This document shows, in pieces, positions 12,321 through 25,260 of a DNA stretch of 64,000 bases (its first letter is position 1; every line of letters starts with the position of its first letter). Source of the DNA: Piromyces finnis finn. Lineage: Eukaryota > Fungi > Neocallimastigomycota. The stretch is taken from contig MCFH01000033.1 in NCBI GenBank assembly GCA_002104945.1, positions 186,001-250,000 on the forward strand, in the 5' to 3' direction. The position numbers and the translations under genes were made by a program. The notes below the pieces were generated by a model that was not told the DNA's origin, searched no databases, and saw only the letters and a program-made list of their open reading frames with translations.

Positions 12321-13830
12321 TTTATAAAAAAAGAAAAAGGCATTTAGTATTAATATCTAATATAAATATAAAAAATAATAAGTAAATAGTATATACTCTA
12401 TTATCACTAAAATCTAAGGAATAGATATCAGAAGATGCTTCGCTATACTTTCCTATATCGTTCAAATTTTAATATTTTATATATTTAATATTAAAATTAA
12501 TTTATATTATATTTTAAATATATTATATTTCTTCGATATTAACCATAATTGATTGATTCATGCTTATTTCGTTGCTCTATTTTATATTTTCCTTGTTCAT
12601 TTTTTACTCTTTCTAATTGCTTGTTGATTTTCTATTTATTTAAAATAGTATTGAAATTTAAGTATATATATAATTTAATTATATTGATATTAATTTCAAT
12701 ATTAAAATATTACGAATATAATATCATTATATGGCAGTTCCTCTTTCATATTGAATTTTATATCTTCACTTAATTTAAAAATTTTTTATTTATTTTATTT
12801 TTAATGTTTTTAAAAACAGACATACATATAGCTATATAGCTTCTTAATTTTATTTTAATTAATGAAATAAAAAAGGTCAACTTTTTGTTTCTTAATATCT
12901 TTTTTTTATTATTAAAATTTCATAAAGAAAAAGTTTTTGGTAGAATTTGAAATAAAAATAAAAAGAAAACTATATAATTAAATTTATTAATAATTTCTAT
13001 TAATAATTCTAATTTTTCAAAACTTTATATATAAAATTATAGCTTTATGGATTTATAAATGGATTTATATTATTAGCAAAATGAAAAAATTTAAAAACAT
13101 ATCAATAATATTAATAAATATATAAATAAATAAAAAGTAAATAATTTTTTAATTAACCTATATTATATTTCTAAATTAATTAGAATTTAATAAATAAAAT
13201 AAATAAATATTTAAGGGACTTTAGATAATTAAAAAATATAGAAGTATTTTTTAAGATGAAGTTTTTTGCTATAAATCTCTATAATAAAAGGTAATTATTT
13301 ATTAAATTTATTAATTTCATTATATGACAGCTTATATTAACAAAATAAAAAAATAAATAAAAGTTTTAAAAATATTAGCATATTTTTACCATTCAAATCA
13401 TATGATTTTTTAGGTTAAAAAAAAAATAAATGACTTTATTTCCTTTTAATAATAAAAATAAATTAATCCTTTTTACTTTATTACGAAAATCAATTTGTTC
13501 AAGTTTAATAAAATATTAGAATAATTTGTCTTTTTACCTTTTATATGATACTAAAATTGATTTATGATCTGATATAACTTCTAGATATCGTAAACAAAGA
13601 ACTTATTAATATGTTCACGTATAATCTTAATTAATAGTTCCCTTTTCCCATATGGAATTATTACAAGCTAATTATCAATTAGGATAATTTTGGGAAAATA
13701 TGTTTTTGTCTTAGTAGATATAGATATTTTATAAAAGAATAACCAGGAGTTGATTTTATTATAAAAAGATAATTATATATAATATTAATAGAAAATATAA
13801 GTCCTTCATATAATTATTTGGTTTAATTTT

Positions 13831-13985
13831 CATTATAACATTGTATTTGACTTTTATTTGGATTCAGACTTAAGGCTCAAAATTTGTCATTGGTAAATAT
13901 TATGTCTTGTCTTGCTATTTCTTCAGCAATTGCTCCCTTGATTGTTGCTTTAATCCTTTAGAGTATTGATCAATGTTGTTCAGTA
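13831..13985 (-). mobile_element. Decayed 3'-end relic of a diverged member of the LINE family (relic 1)
   Basis: The minus strand reads QH*SIL*RIKATIKGAIAEEIARQ versus QQWSMFKRFEATSKSVNAEETVRQ at the C-terminus of the intact ORF. It also shares the 3'UTR words caaaatttgtcat and ttgtatttgactt with the young copies. Confidence 0.75.
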
Positions 13986-13989
13986 ACAT

Positions 13990-14278
13990 AAGATATTATT
14001 ATAACATTAAACCCTGTGTACGGAACATTAGGAATGGTCCTATGCCATATCGGTATGACGTCAGCGCTCATGATTATGTTAGGTGTCTTACTAATCCTAT
14101 CAAAAAGTAGTTTTATTGATCTACTAATGATAAGGATTGTTATAGTAAGAAAAGCCGCAAGACTCTCTACATATAGAACATGAGACCCCGATGAACTGTA
14201 AAGCTATTTCTACTATTATTATTGTTATTATTACTATTGTTATTATTACTATTGTTACTATTATTATTATTATTACCA
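13990..14278 (-). mobile_element. Probable 3'-end relic of a more distant LINE family (relic 2), including an Asn/Ser-coding (AAT/AGT/AAC) linker
   Basis: The minus frame ...LAAFLTITILIISRSIKLLFDRISKT...SADVIPIWHRTIPNVPYTG aligns loosely with TAELLTKIMPFAIGQQWSMFKRFEATSKSVNAEETVRQARR. It is preceded by the same type of aat/agt/aac repeat found at the equivalent place in the young element. GC is higher than the flanks. Confidence 0.5.
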
Positions 14279-14388
14279 ACTTCCAATGGGACACCGAGTC
14301 AAAGACCAAAATTTTGTCATGGAACAAAATTATGATCTCCATTGGTTGCGCTGGCCCTCCTGGCCTGTCTTACTGTTTCTTCAGCATT
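14279..14388 (-). mobile_element. 110-nt fragment of the young LINE (last ~20 codons plus 3' hairpin), lacking the rest of the 3'UTR and its own poly(A)
   Basis: acttccaatgggacaccgagtcaaagacc...tcttcagcatt matches 43407-43516 of copy C with 2 substitutions and is joined directly to the poly(T) of copy A. Confidence 0.9.
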
Positions 14389-17300
14389 TTTTTTTTTTTT
14401 TTTTTTTTTAACGGCATCAAATATTTTAAACTTTATTATTAATTTAATTAAAATTATAATACATGTAATATAAAAATTAAAAATAAAAATAAAAATAAAA
14501 AAAATATGTTTAAATAAACACAAATGAATAAAAATTGGGTATAATGTATTCTAGTAATTTTAATTAAAGTAAGAAAACCACTATCATACTAAAGTATAAT
14601 AATTGTATTTGACTTCCAATGGGACACCGAGCCAAAGATCAAAATTTTATCATGGAACAAAATTATGATCTCCATTGGTTGCGCTGGCCCTCCTGGCCTG
14701 TCTTACTGTTTCTTCAGCATTGACGCTCTTGGATGTTGCTTCAAACCTTTTGAACATTGACCATTGCTGGCCAATAGCAAAAGGCATGATTTTGGTTAGA
14801 AGTTCCGCGGTTACCGTCAAGAATGGTGTTCCTTCGTTAGTACCAGATTGAATCTGACGCTTACAAAGTTCTTTCCATTCCCTTGAATTGTAATTAATAT
14901 TGTTAAAACTTCTTCCCCCAAGAAGGAATTTAAATATTTTACTGTACACACTAGAATAATCATACACATTAATATTCACCGGATTATTAGAACTATTACT
15001 ATCATTAACTAAATTACTATCTAAATTAGAATTATTATCTTCACTATTGCTATCATTACTAATATTATTATTTCTATTATTGTTATTATTACTATTGTTA
15101 CTATTACTATTGTTACTATTACTATTGTTATTACTACTATTGTTACTATTACTATTACTGTTATTGCTATCTCTACTGACATTATCAATTTCATTATTAT
15201 TGATAGGACTATTGGAATTACGTTGACTGAAAAAATTTAATAGCTGGACTATGGAATCATAATGTTTAATACGGATATCTCTAAATGTTGGACAATCTAA
15301 TAACCAATGTTTAATACTTTGATCTCCACACTTGCAACATGGACAGTAGTTAGGACAAACTGGATCAACAAATTTAGCAGCTTTGGCAACTCTAGCATCC
15401 AACTTGTATCCGCTTCTTGCTTTCAATAGCCAGTAGAAGCCATAGGCAAACTCTGGGTACTCATAACATAATTTAATAAAATCTTTAGTTTCAATAAATT
15501 TATTATCATCATAATATTGCGCTTTGATTGAATTCCCTTTGAGATCTTTCCAATAAAAGTTTTTAACTGCTTTAACATCTCCATGTTTCTTTAGTTTTTT
15601 ATCAAGTGTCCTACTTGATTTGCACCACGTGTATTTTCTAAATTTAGGAATGTAATTGACAAGGTGTGAGATAATACAATTTGAGTTTTTCCATTTGTTA
15701 AAACATCTAACCTGAGCTAACGCACATTTGGCTGACAATGGAGGAATATTCAAATCTTTTGAGATAGAGTATAAAGATATAAACGATACGGCTTTATGAA
15801 CTCCGGCAACCCATCGTATTCCTTTGTTAACATGCTTCTGAGCAATCCTAGACCTAGCTTTGTTGGATCCAAGTAATGGTGCAAAGTATGAAACTCTGCT
15901 GATTACTTGTGAGTTAAGTACTAGTTTTTTGAAAGGAATAGGAATATTAGGATTTCTTAAGAATTTACTGACTGAGAAAAGTCCTTTCAAAACCTTGTTA
16001 TTAAGAGCTTTAATTACTGGTTTAAGGGACAGATTCTTATCAAATGGAACACCAAGATAAGTATAGCAATCAGTAGTTGGAATGGGTTGTCCTGCTAAGT
16101 AAAATGTTGGATCTCTCTTGTTCTGATTTTCTATTGATTCAGGACGAATCACCATCGTTGAACATTTCTGGATACCAAATTCCATTTCATTATACAAGGC
16201 CCATTCATTAACTCTTCTAAGCATCTTTTTTAAGCATCCTCTTGTTGGAGCACAAATAACTATATCATCTGCAAAAAGTCCACCACAGCATCGAGTGTCA
16301 CCTAAACTGACTCCGAGATCTTCACACTCTTTAAATATATCATTAATAAAGAGATTAAAGAGAATAGGAGAAAGAGGGCAACCTTGACGGACTCCTTTCT
16401 TCACATCAAAAGATTTCGAGAATTGTCCATCTAATTTGACATTAGCCTTAGATGTTAAATATAAATTTTTGATAAATTGTAGACTCTTACCTCGGATTCC
16501 TAAACAATCTAATTTATGGAGAATATTACCGATTGGGACTGAATCGTATGCTTTCCTGAGATCTAAAAAGGCCAAATATGTCTCTTTATTATCTAATTGA
16601 CGTCTACGGCATATTTCTTGGATTGAAATGAAAAGACTAATACTTTCTTCCTTTTTTCGAAAACCAAATTGTTCAGGTCTAATGAAATTATTCTTTAGAC
16701 CATATTCTGAGATTCTAGTGGTGACAATTTTGGAAATCAACTTAATACCATTATTGATAAGTGATATACCTCGATAGTTATCACAATCTGTCAAATCTCC
16801 CTTCTTAGGAATAGAAACAATACTGGATTCATTCCAAGAGCTGGGGAAATCTCCATCCCAAATACGGTTGAATAATTTAAGAATAAAATTTAAACCATGA
16901 GCATCATTATCTGAAGTAGTATTACCAGAAGAATTATTATCTGAAGCATTATTAGAATCATTACTTGATGGAACTAATGCTTTGTAAAATTCAATTGGAA
17001 TACCATCCGGACCTGATGCTTTATAATTTGGAGTAGTGAGGATAGCTGACTTGACTTCATCAATACTAATATCTTGGTTGATATCCCACTCATCAAGCAT
17101 AGGAAGTGAAAAACGTTTATTCGTTGGTTCTTCATACCAATGCTCCAAATCAAGACTTACACCACTTGGATCTGATGCAAGGTTTTCGAAATGATCATGC
17201 CACACTTCAAGTTGTTCTTCTGTAGCAACAACTAATTCTCCATTTTTATTTTTAATTGGTTGAGCAATAAAGAAAGAATCTTTTCCTATTTTTGCAGTTT

Positions 17301-19313
17301 TCTTGATCCATTTCCAGGCCTTCTTAGGATTATGACTCTTCATATACTCACATCCTGTTTTAATCCAATGAAGATATTCTTGCTTCCTAAATTCATTACA
17401 TCTTTTGTGGATGTAATCAATGAGTTTACGGTAGATTTTAATTCTTTTAATAAATTCATCTATATCATAAATTCTTTCTTTTTTAAATCTCTTATACAAC
17501 TTCATTTTGATTTTTTGAAGATTAAAAATTTGTTGTGAAATATGAAATGAAGACTTTATAACATTATTTGCTGAAGTAATACTGAGCTCGTCTGCAATTG
17601 AAAAAGCAGTTGAAGTAAACTCTTTGGAAAGTTCATCTGTAGAAACATTAGGATCGTTGGATTTTGCTGAAAGTATTTGGAATTTATTATGACTGAGAAT
17701 AGATTCCTTTTCCTCAATACATTTTAATCTATTCCATTTCAGAATTTTCTTAGGAACATTAAAGTCATTAGAAAAATCTTCCATAGGAATAATTTTACCA
17801 TTAATAAGAAGTGGCTTATGGTCTGATACAGGATAAAAATTATTTATAAATGATCCTGAGTGAATAAGATCTTTCATCTTCGAATTGATAAGAGCATGGT
17901 CAATGTCGGAAGATTGATCACCTCGAGTCCAAGAGATAGTCGACCCTCTAAGCGGAAGAATTTCCCAATCTCCTAATCCATTAGTTGATAACCAGTTGGA
18001 TAATTTTACTTTAGACATATTAAAATCACCAACAAGAATCGATGGATGGGATGAATGAGTTTGTAACCACAAGCGAACTTCTAACTTTGCATGATCAACA
18101 TAGATGTTGTGATGACTATGAGGCATATAAACATTACCAATCGAGCATTTGAATCTATTCCATAGACTAAAAGTATAAATAGAAATAATATACTTTCCAG
18201 AGAAGTTTTCAAGTGAGGCTTGACATGAATTGTGAAAACCTAAATATAAACCTCTCATTCCCGGAACTGATTCGTCAGCTTTCTTGAAAAAGTGTCTATA
18301 GTTTCGCAAAGTAACACGACAAGGATAATCTGTATTCGATCCAGAACCATTACCAGTTTCTTGGAAACATAAGAATAATGGTTTGAAAATAGCTGTGAAA
18401 TAGCTAATACTATCTCTCTTTTCGTGATTCCACCCATTGGTGTTCCAACTAAGACAAAAAGAAAAGTTATCAGGCTTGTTGGATGAGGAAGAATCGTTGC
18501 TATTATTATTATTATTAAAGTCATCGTTATTAATGGATGATGCATCAGAGGAATAAGTAGAACTATTACTAGATGGCTGTGAAACTGAAGAACTATCAAC
18601 TATTGAACTGTTATCAGAGTTGATAGAGCTATTAGAATTAATTGTTGAATGTTGAGATTGAAATTGTGTTTGCTGTAGACTGGAATATTTTCATGATGGG
18701 AAACTTGTTGAAGATCTTGTTGAAGATCGGATTTTTGAAGATCTTGTTGAAGATCGGATTGTTGATGAGATTGTTGAACTGATTGTTGAAATGATTGTTG
18801 AATAGAATGTTGATGTTTATTAGAAACTAAAATTTTACGTTTGAGAGTGGAAAAAGTGTATTTGTGATTCCTTCTACTACGAGCTGAAAAGGAAATTGAG
18901 ATAACTGAAAGTTTCTTCTTTAACATGTGTAAGATTTTAATACAATCTTTCGATGAACCATGAACCTTGACTAAGAAAAAGTGATCATTGAAAGTCTGAA
19001 AATATTTAACACTAATAACTGAATTAAATTTATCTTCTAGAATAACCTCGAGTTTTTCCCATAGCATATTTACTGACCATGATCGAATACCACGGATAAA
19101 GAAGGAGCGAATATCATCTGAGGGGATACCATAAGACCGGGTACCACGTCTGATATAATTCTTATCTTTAATATAAAGGACTGACATGATAATTAATTCT
19201 AATTAAAAAATATTGAATATAAAATAAATACTAATAAAAATTATAAATATAACGTATATGGAAAAAATCTGTCTCTCTCTCTCTTCTTAAAAGTACTGGA
19301 TAGTACAAAAATT
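14387..19313 (-). mobile_element. Non-LTR retrotransposon copy A, truncated within the 5'UTR
   Basis: Poly(T) at 14387-14409, the same 3'UTR as copies B and C, near-identical coding sequence, and a 5'UTR that stops at ...tagtacaaaaatt (19313). No TSD is recognisable. Confidence 0.95.
14650..19187 (-). pseudogene. Copy A polyprotein ORF (RRM-like/APE/RT/CCHC) with one -1 frameshift
   Basis: gtagactgg at 18679/18680 versus gtagatctgg in B and C splits the ORF into track ORFs 18600-19187 and 14650-18309. All catalytic motifs are otherwise intact. Confidence 0.85.
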
Positions 19314-19334
19314 AATTAGAATTATTATCTTCAC

Positions 19335-19336
<2 letters not shown>
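19314..19336 (-). mobile_element. 23-nt internal LINE fragment wedged between the 5' end of copy A and the poly(A) of copy B
   Basis: aattagaattattatcttcacta is identical to the internal coding segment at 20002-20024 (B), also present in A and C (encodes SEDNNSN). Confidence 0.8.
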
Positions 19337-19392
<56 letters not shown>

Positions 19393-19627
19393 GGCATCAA
19401 ATATTTTAAACTTTATTATTAATTTAATTAAAATTATAATACATGAAATATAAAAATTAAAATAAAATAAAAATAAAAAAAATATGTTTAAATAAACACA
19501 AATGAATAAAAATTGGGTATAATGTATTCTAGTAATTTTAATTAAAGTAAGAAAGCCACTATCATACTAAAGTATAATAATTGTATTTGACTTCCAATGG
19601 GACACCGAGCCAAAGATCAAAATTTTA

Positions 19628-22600
19628 TCATGGAACAAAATTATGATCTCCATTGGTTGCGCTGGCCCTCCTGGCCTGTCTTACTGTTTCTTCAGCATTG
19701 ACGCTCTTGGATGTTGCTTCAAACCTTTTGAACATTGACCATTGCTGGCCAATAGCAAAAGGCATGATTTTGGTTAGAAGTTCCGCGGTTACCGTCAAGA
19801 ATGGTGTTCCTTCATTAGTACCAGATTGAATCTGACGCTTACAAAGTTCTTTCCATTCCCTTGAATTGTAATTGATATTGTTAAAACTTCTTCCCCCAAG
19901 AAGGAATTTAAATATTTTACTGCACACACTAGAATAATCATACACATTAATATTCACCGGATTATTAGAACTATTACTATCATTAACTAAATTACTATCT
20001 AAATTAGAATTATTATCTTCACTATTGCTATCATTACTAATATTATTATTTCTATTACTACTATTGTTATTATTACTATTGTTACTATTACTATTGTTAT
20101 TATTACTATGTTACTATTACTATTAATATTATTACTATCTCTACTGATATTATCAATTTCATTATTATTGATAGGACTATTGGAATTACGTTGACTGAAA
20201 AAATTTAATAGCTGGACTATGGAATCATAATGTTTAATACGGATATCTCTAAATGTTGGACAATCTAATAACCAATGTTTAATACTTTGATCTCCACACT
20301 TGCAACATGGACAGTAGTTAGGACAAACTGGATCAACAAATTTGGCAGCTTTGGCAACTCTAGCATCCAACTTGTATCCGCTTCTTGCTTTCAATAGCCA
20401 GTAGAAGCCATAGGCAAACTCTGGGTACTCATAACATAATTTAATAAAATCTTTAGTTTCAATAAACTTATTATCATCATAATATTGCGCTTTGATTGAA
20501 TTCCCTTTGAGATCTTTCCAATAAAAGTTTTTAACTGCTTTAACATCTCCATGTTTCTTTAGTTTTTTATCAAGTGTCCTACTTGATTTGCACCACGTGT
20601 ATTTTCTAAATTTAGGAATGTAATTGACAAGGTATGAGATAATACAATTTGAGTTTTTCCATTTGTTAAAACATCTAACCTGAGCTAATGCACATTTGGC
20701 TGACAATGGAGGAATATTCAAATCTTTTGAAATAGAGTATAAAGATATAAACGATACAGCTTTATGAACTCCGGCAACCCATCGTATTCCTTTGTTAACA
20801 TGCTTCTGTGCAATTCTAGACCTGGCTTTGTTGGATCCAAGTAATGGTGCAAAGTATGAAACTCTGCTAATCACTTGTGAGTTAAGTACTAGCTTTTTGA
20901 AGGGAATAGGAATATTAGGATTTCTTAAGAATTTACTGACTGAAAAAAGCCCTTTCAAAACCTTGTTATTAAGAGCTTTAATAACTGGTTTAAGGGACAG
21001 ATTCTTATCAAATGGAACACCAAGATAAGTATAACAATCAGTAGTTGGAATGGGTTGTCCTGCTAAGTAAAATGTTGGATCTCTCTTGTTCTGATTTTCT
21101 ATTGATTCAGGACGAATCACCATCGTTGAACACTTCTGGATACCAAATTCCATTTCATTATACAAGGCCCATTCATTAACTCTTCTAAGCATCTTTTTTA
21201 AGCATCCTCTTGTTGGAGCACAAATAACTATATCATCTGCAAAAAGTCCACCACAGCATCGAGTGTCACCTAAACTGACTCCGAGATCTTCACACTCTTT
21301 AAATATATCATTAATAAAGAGATTAAAGAGAATAGGAGAAAGGGGCAACCTTGACGGACTCCTTTCTTCACATCAAAAGATTTCGAGAATTGTCCATCTA
21401 ATTTGACATTAGCCTTAGATGTTAAATATAAATTTTTGATGAATTGTAAACTCTTACCTCGGATTCCTAAACAATCTAATTTATGGAGAATATTACCGAT
21501 TGGGACTGAATCGTATGCTTTCCTGAGATCTAAAAAGGCCAAATATGTCTCTTTATTATCTAATTGACGTCTACGGCATATTTCTTGGATTGAAATGAAA
21601 AGACTGATACTTTCTTCCTTTTTTCGAAAACCAAATTGTTCAGGTCTAATGAAATTATCCTTTAGACCATATTCTGAGATTCTAGTGGTGACAATTTTGG
21701 AAATCAACTTAATACCATTATTGATAAGTGATATACCTCGATAGTTATCACAATCTGTCAAATCTCCCTTCTTAGGAATAGAAACAATACTGGATTCATT
21801 CCATGAGTTGGGGAAGTCTCCATCCCAAATACGGTTGAATAATTTAAGAATAAAATTTAAACCATAGCATCATTATCTGAAGTGGTATTACCGGAAGAAT
21901 TATTATCTGTAGCATTATTAGAATCATTACTTGATGGAATTAATGCTTTGTAAAATTCAATTGGAATACCATCCGGACCTGATGCTTTATAATTTGGAGT
22001 AGAGAGGATAGCTGACTTGACTTCATCAATACTAATATCTTGGTTGATATCCCATTCATCAAGCATAGGAAGTGAAAAACGTTTATTCATTGGTTCTTCA
22101 TACCAATGCTCCAAATCAAGACTTACACCACTTGGATCTGATGCAAGCTTTTCGAAATGATCATGCCACACATCTAGTTGTTCTTCCGTAGCAACAACTA
22201 ATTCTCCATTTTTGTTTTTAATTGGTTGAGCAATAAAGAAAGAATCTTTTCCAATTTTTGCAGTTTTCTTGATCCATTTCCAGGCCTTCTTAGGATTATG
22301 ACTCTTCATATACTCACATCCTGTTTTAATCCAATGAAGATATTCTTGTTTCCTAAATTCATTACATCTTTTGTGGATGTAATCAATGAGCTTACGGTAG
22401 ATTTTAATTCTTTTAATAAATTCATCTATATCATAAATTCTTTCTTTTTTAAATCTCTTATACAACTTCATTTTGATTTTTTGGAGATTAAAAATTTGTT
22501 GTGAAATATGAAATGAAGACTTTATAACATTATTTGCTGAGGTAATACTGAGCTCGTCTGCAATTGAAAAAGCAGTTGAAGTAAACTCTTTGGAAAGTTC

Positions 22601-24151
22601 ATCTGTAGAAACATTAGGATCGTTGAATTTTGCTGAAAGTATTTGGAATTTATTATGACTGAGAATAGATTCCTTTTCCTCAATACATTTTAATCTATTC
22701 CATTTCAGAATTTTCTTAGGAACATTAAAGTCATTAGAAAAATCTTCCATAGGAATAATTTTACCATTAATAAGAAGTGGCTTATGGTCTGATACAGGAT
22801 AAAAATTATTTATAAATGATCCTGAGTGAATAAGATCTTTCATCTTCGAATTGATAAGAGCATGGTCAATGTCGGAAGATTGATCACCTCGAGTCCAAGA
22901 GATAGTAGACCCTCTAAGCGGAAGAATTTCCCAATCTCCTAATCCATTAGTTGATAACCAGTTGGATAATTTTACTTTAGACATATTAAAATCACCAACA
23001 AGAATCGATGGATGGGATGAATGAGTTTGTAACCACAAGCGAACTTCTAACTTTGCATGATCAACATAGATGTTGTGATGACTATGAGGCATATAAACAT
23101 TTCCAATCGAGCATTTGAATCTATTCCAGAGACTAAAAGTATAAATAGAAATAATATACTTTCCAGAGAAGTTTTCAAGTGAGGCTTGACACGAATTGTG
23201 AAAACCTAAATATAAACCTCTCATTCCAGGAACTGATTCGTCAGCTTTCTTGAAAAAGTGTCTATAGTTTCGCAAAGTAACACGACAAGGATAATCTGTA
23301 TTCGATCCAGAACCATTACCAGTTTCTTGGAAACATAAGAATAATGGTTTGAAAATAGCTGTGAAATAGCTAATACTATCTCTCTTTTCATGATTCCACC
23401 CATTGGTGTCCCAACTAAGACAAAAAGAAAAGTTATCAGGCTTGTTGGATGAGGAAGAATCGTTGCTATTATTATTATTATTAAAGTCATCGTTATTAAT
23501 GGATGATGCATCAGAGGAATAAGTAGAACTATTACTAGATGGCTGTGAAACTGAAGAACTATCAACTATTGAACTGTTATCAGAGTTGATAGAACTATTA
23601 GAATTAATTGTTGAATGTTGAGATTGAAATTGTGTTTGCTGTAGATCTGGAATATTTTCATGATGGGAAACTTGTTGAAGATCCTGTTGAAGATCTTGTT
23701 GAAGATCGGATTGTTGATGAGATTGTTGAACTGATTGTTGAACTGATTGTTGAAATGATTGTTGAATAGAATGTTGATGTTTATTAGAAACTAAAATTTT
23801 ACGTTTGAGAGTGGAAAAAGTGTATTTGTGATTCCTTCTACTACGAGCTGAAAAGGAAATTGAGGTAACTGAAAGTTTCTTCTTTAACATGTGTAAGATT
23901 TTAATACAATCTTTTGATGAACCATGAACCTTGACTAAGAAAAAGTGATCATTGAAAGTTTGAAAATATTTAACACTAATAACTGAATTAAGTTTATCTT
24001 CTAGAATAACCTCGAGTTTTTCCCATAGCATATTTACTGACCATGATCGAATACCACGGATAAAGAAGGAGCGAATATCATCTAAGGGGATACCATAAGA
24101 CCGGGTACCACGTCTGATATAATTCTTATCTTTAATATAAAGGACTGACAT
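19628..24151 (-). pseudogene. Copy B polyprotein ORF with three single-base deletions
   Basis: -1 deletions at ~21865 (accatagcat vs accatgagcat), ~21342 (agaaaggggc vs agaaagagggc) and ~20110 (tatgtt vs tattgtt) explain the four track ORFs. The first APE motif reads WDTNG instead of WNTNG. Confidence 0.85.
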
Positions 24152-24749
24152 GATAATAAATTCTAATTAAAAAATATTGAATATAAAATAAATACTAATA
24201 AAAATTACAAATATAACGTATATGGAAAAAAATCTGTCTCTCTCTCTCTTCTTAAAAGTACTGGATAGTACAAAAATTGTTACGATGCTTTGTTTAAAGT
24301 TTCTTATTTTTTGAATTCTAGTTGTAAATTTTCTTTAAAAATTCTAGTTTTGGTTTGTTGTTAGTAAATTCGATTCGCTTTTTGACACTAAACTTGTTTG
24401 ACTTTACTTTTCATTAAATATTTAAATTGGTAAAAAATTTGAATCAAGAATGTCGACACCAGAAAGCTTGTGAATAGTATTTTTACATGATGTAGAGTGA
24501 ATCAGTCTCTTACAAGAAACAATACAACAATAGCTACATGAATATAAAAGTACAATGCAAATGCTAAAGTTGACTACATTGGATTCTTACAAGAGAAGAG
24601 TAGTACTACATGAATACATGAATAAAAGAAAAAATACAGCAACAAAATGTATTACTCTTCTAATTAAATACTATACAAACTTACCTGAAAAATCAAACAT
24701 TCACTTATTCATCAAATACTTAAATTTGATGAATAAAATGTTTTTTAAT

Positions 24750-25043
24750 CGCTCAGTACCATGAGCTTAGTCCTAATAATTTTCCCTTGAAGACTAACCA
24801 AGCATCCATTGCGCAATGCTTGGATTTAATTCTTTCTACTCTCTCAGTACCATGAGCATGAGTAGACCCCCTTGAGAAATTACATTTATTAAATAAATGA
24901 AGGCACATTCCTAAGAGGGCACCAAGCATCCATTGCGCAATACTTGGATTTAATTCTTTCTACTCTCTCAGTACCATGAGCATGAGTAGACCCCCTTGAG
25001 AAACTACATTTATTAAATAAATGAAGGCACGTTCCCAAGAGGG
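24750..25043 (-). repeat. 5'-terminal 124-nt tandem repeats of copy B (2 full units plus a partial variant)
   Basis: Units at 25043-24920 and 24919-~24797; a partial third unit (gctcatggtactgagc) lies at ~24750-24766. Confidence 0.9.
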
Positions 25044-25044
25044 A

Positions 25045-25260
25045 AGTTTTGGTTTGTTGTTAGTAAATTCGATTCGCTTTTTGACACTAAAATTGTTTGA
25101 CTTTACTTTTCATTAAATATTTAAATTGGTAAAAAATTTGAATCAAGAATGTCGACACCAGAAAGCTTGTGAATAGTATTTTTACATGATGTAGAGTGAA
25201 TCAGTCTCTTACAAGAAACAATACAACAATAGCTACATGAATATAAAAATACAATGCAAA
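25045..25260 (-). mobile_element. 216-nt extra fragment of the LINE 5'UTR attached outside the 5' terminus of copy B
   Basis: Matches 24346-24561 but is a different allele (aaaaatac as in C rather than aaaagtac in B; private ctaaaattg). It is followed by a short aaaaaactatca duplication. Confidence 0.9.

Larger units (their letters stand above)
19337..25043 (-). mobile_element. Non-LTR retrotransposon copy B, full length
   Basis: 53-nt poly(T) at 19337-19389, complete 3'UTR, coding region and 5'UTR with two 124-nt repeats. It ends at the same terminal cccaagaggg as copy C. Confidence 0.95.

Noticed and set aside
24555-24764. Antisense 69-aa ORF in the LINE 5'UTR (possible ORF0 analogue)
   Set aside because: The C-terminus and length are not conserved in copy C (indel, earlier stop), and there are no recognisable motifs.
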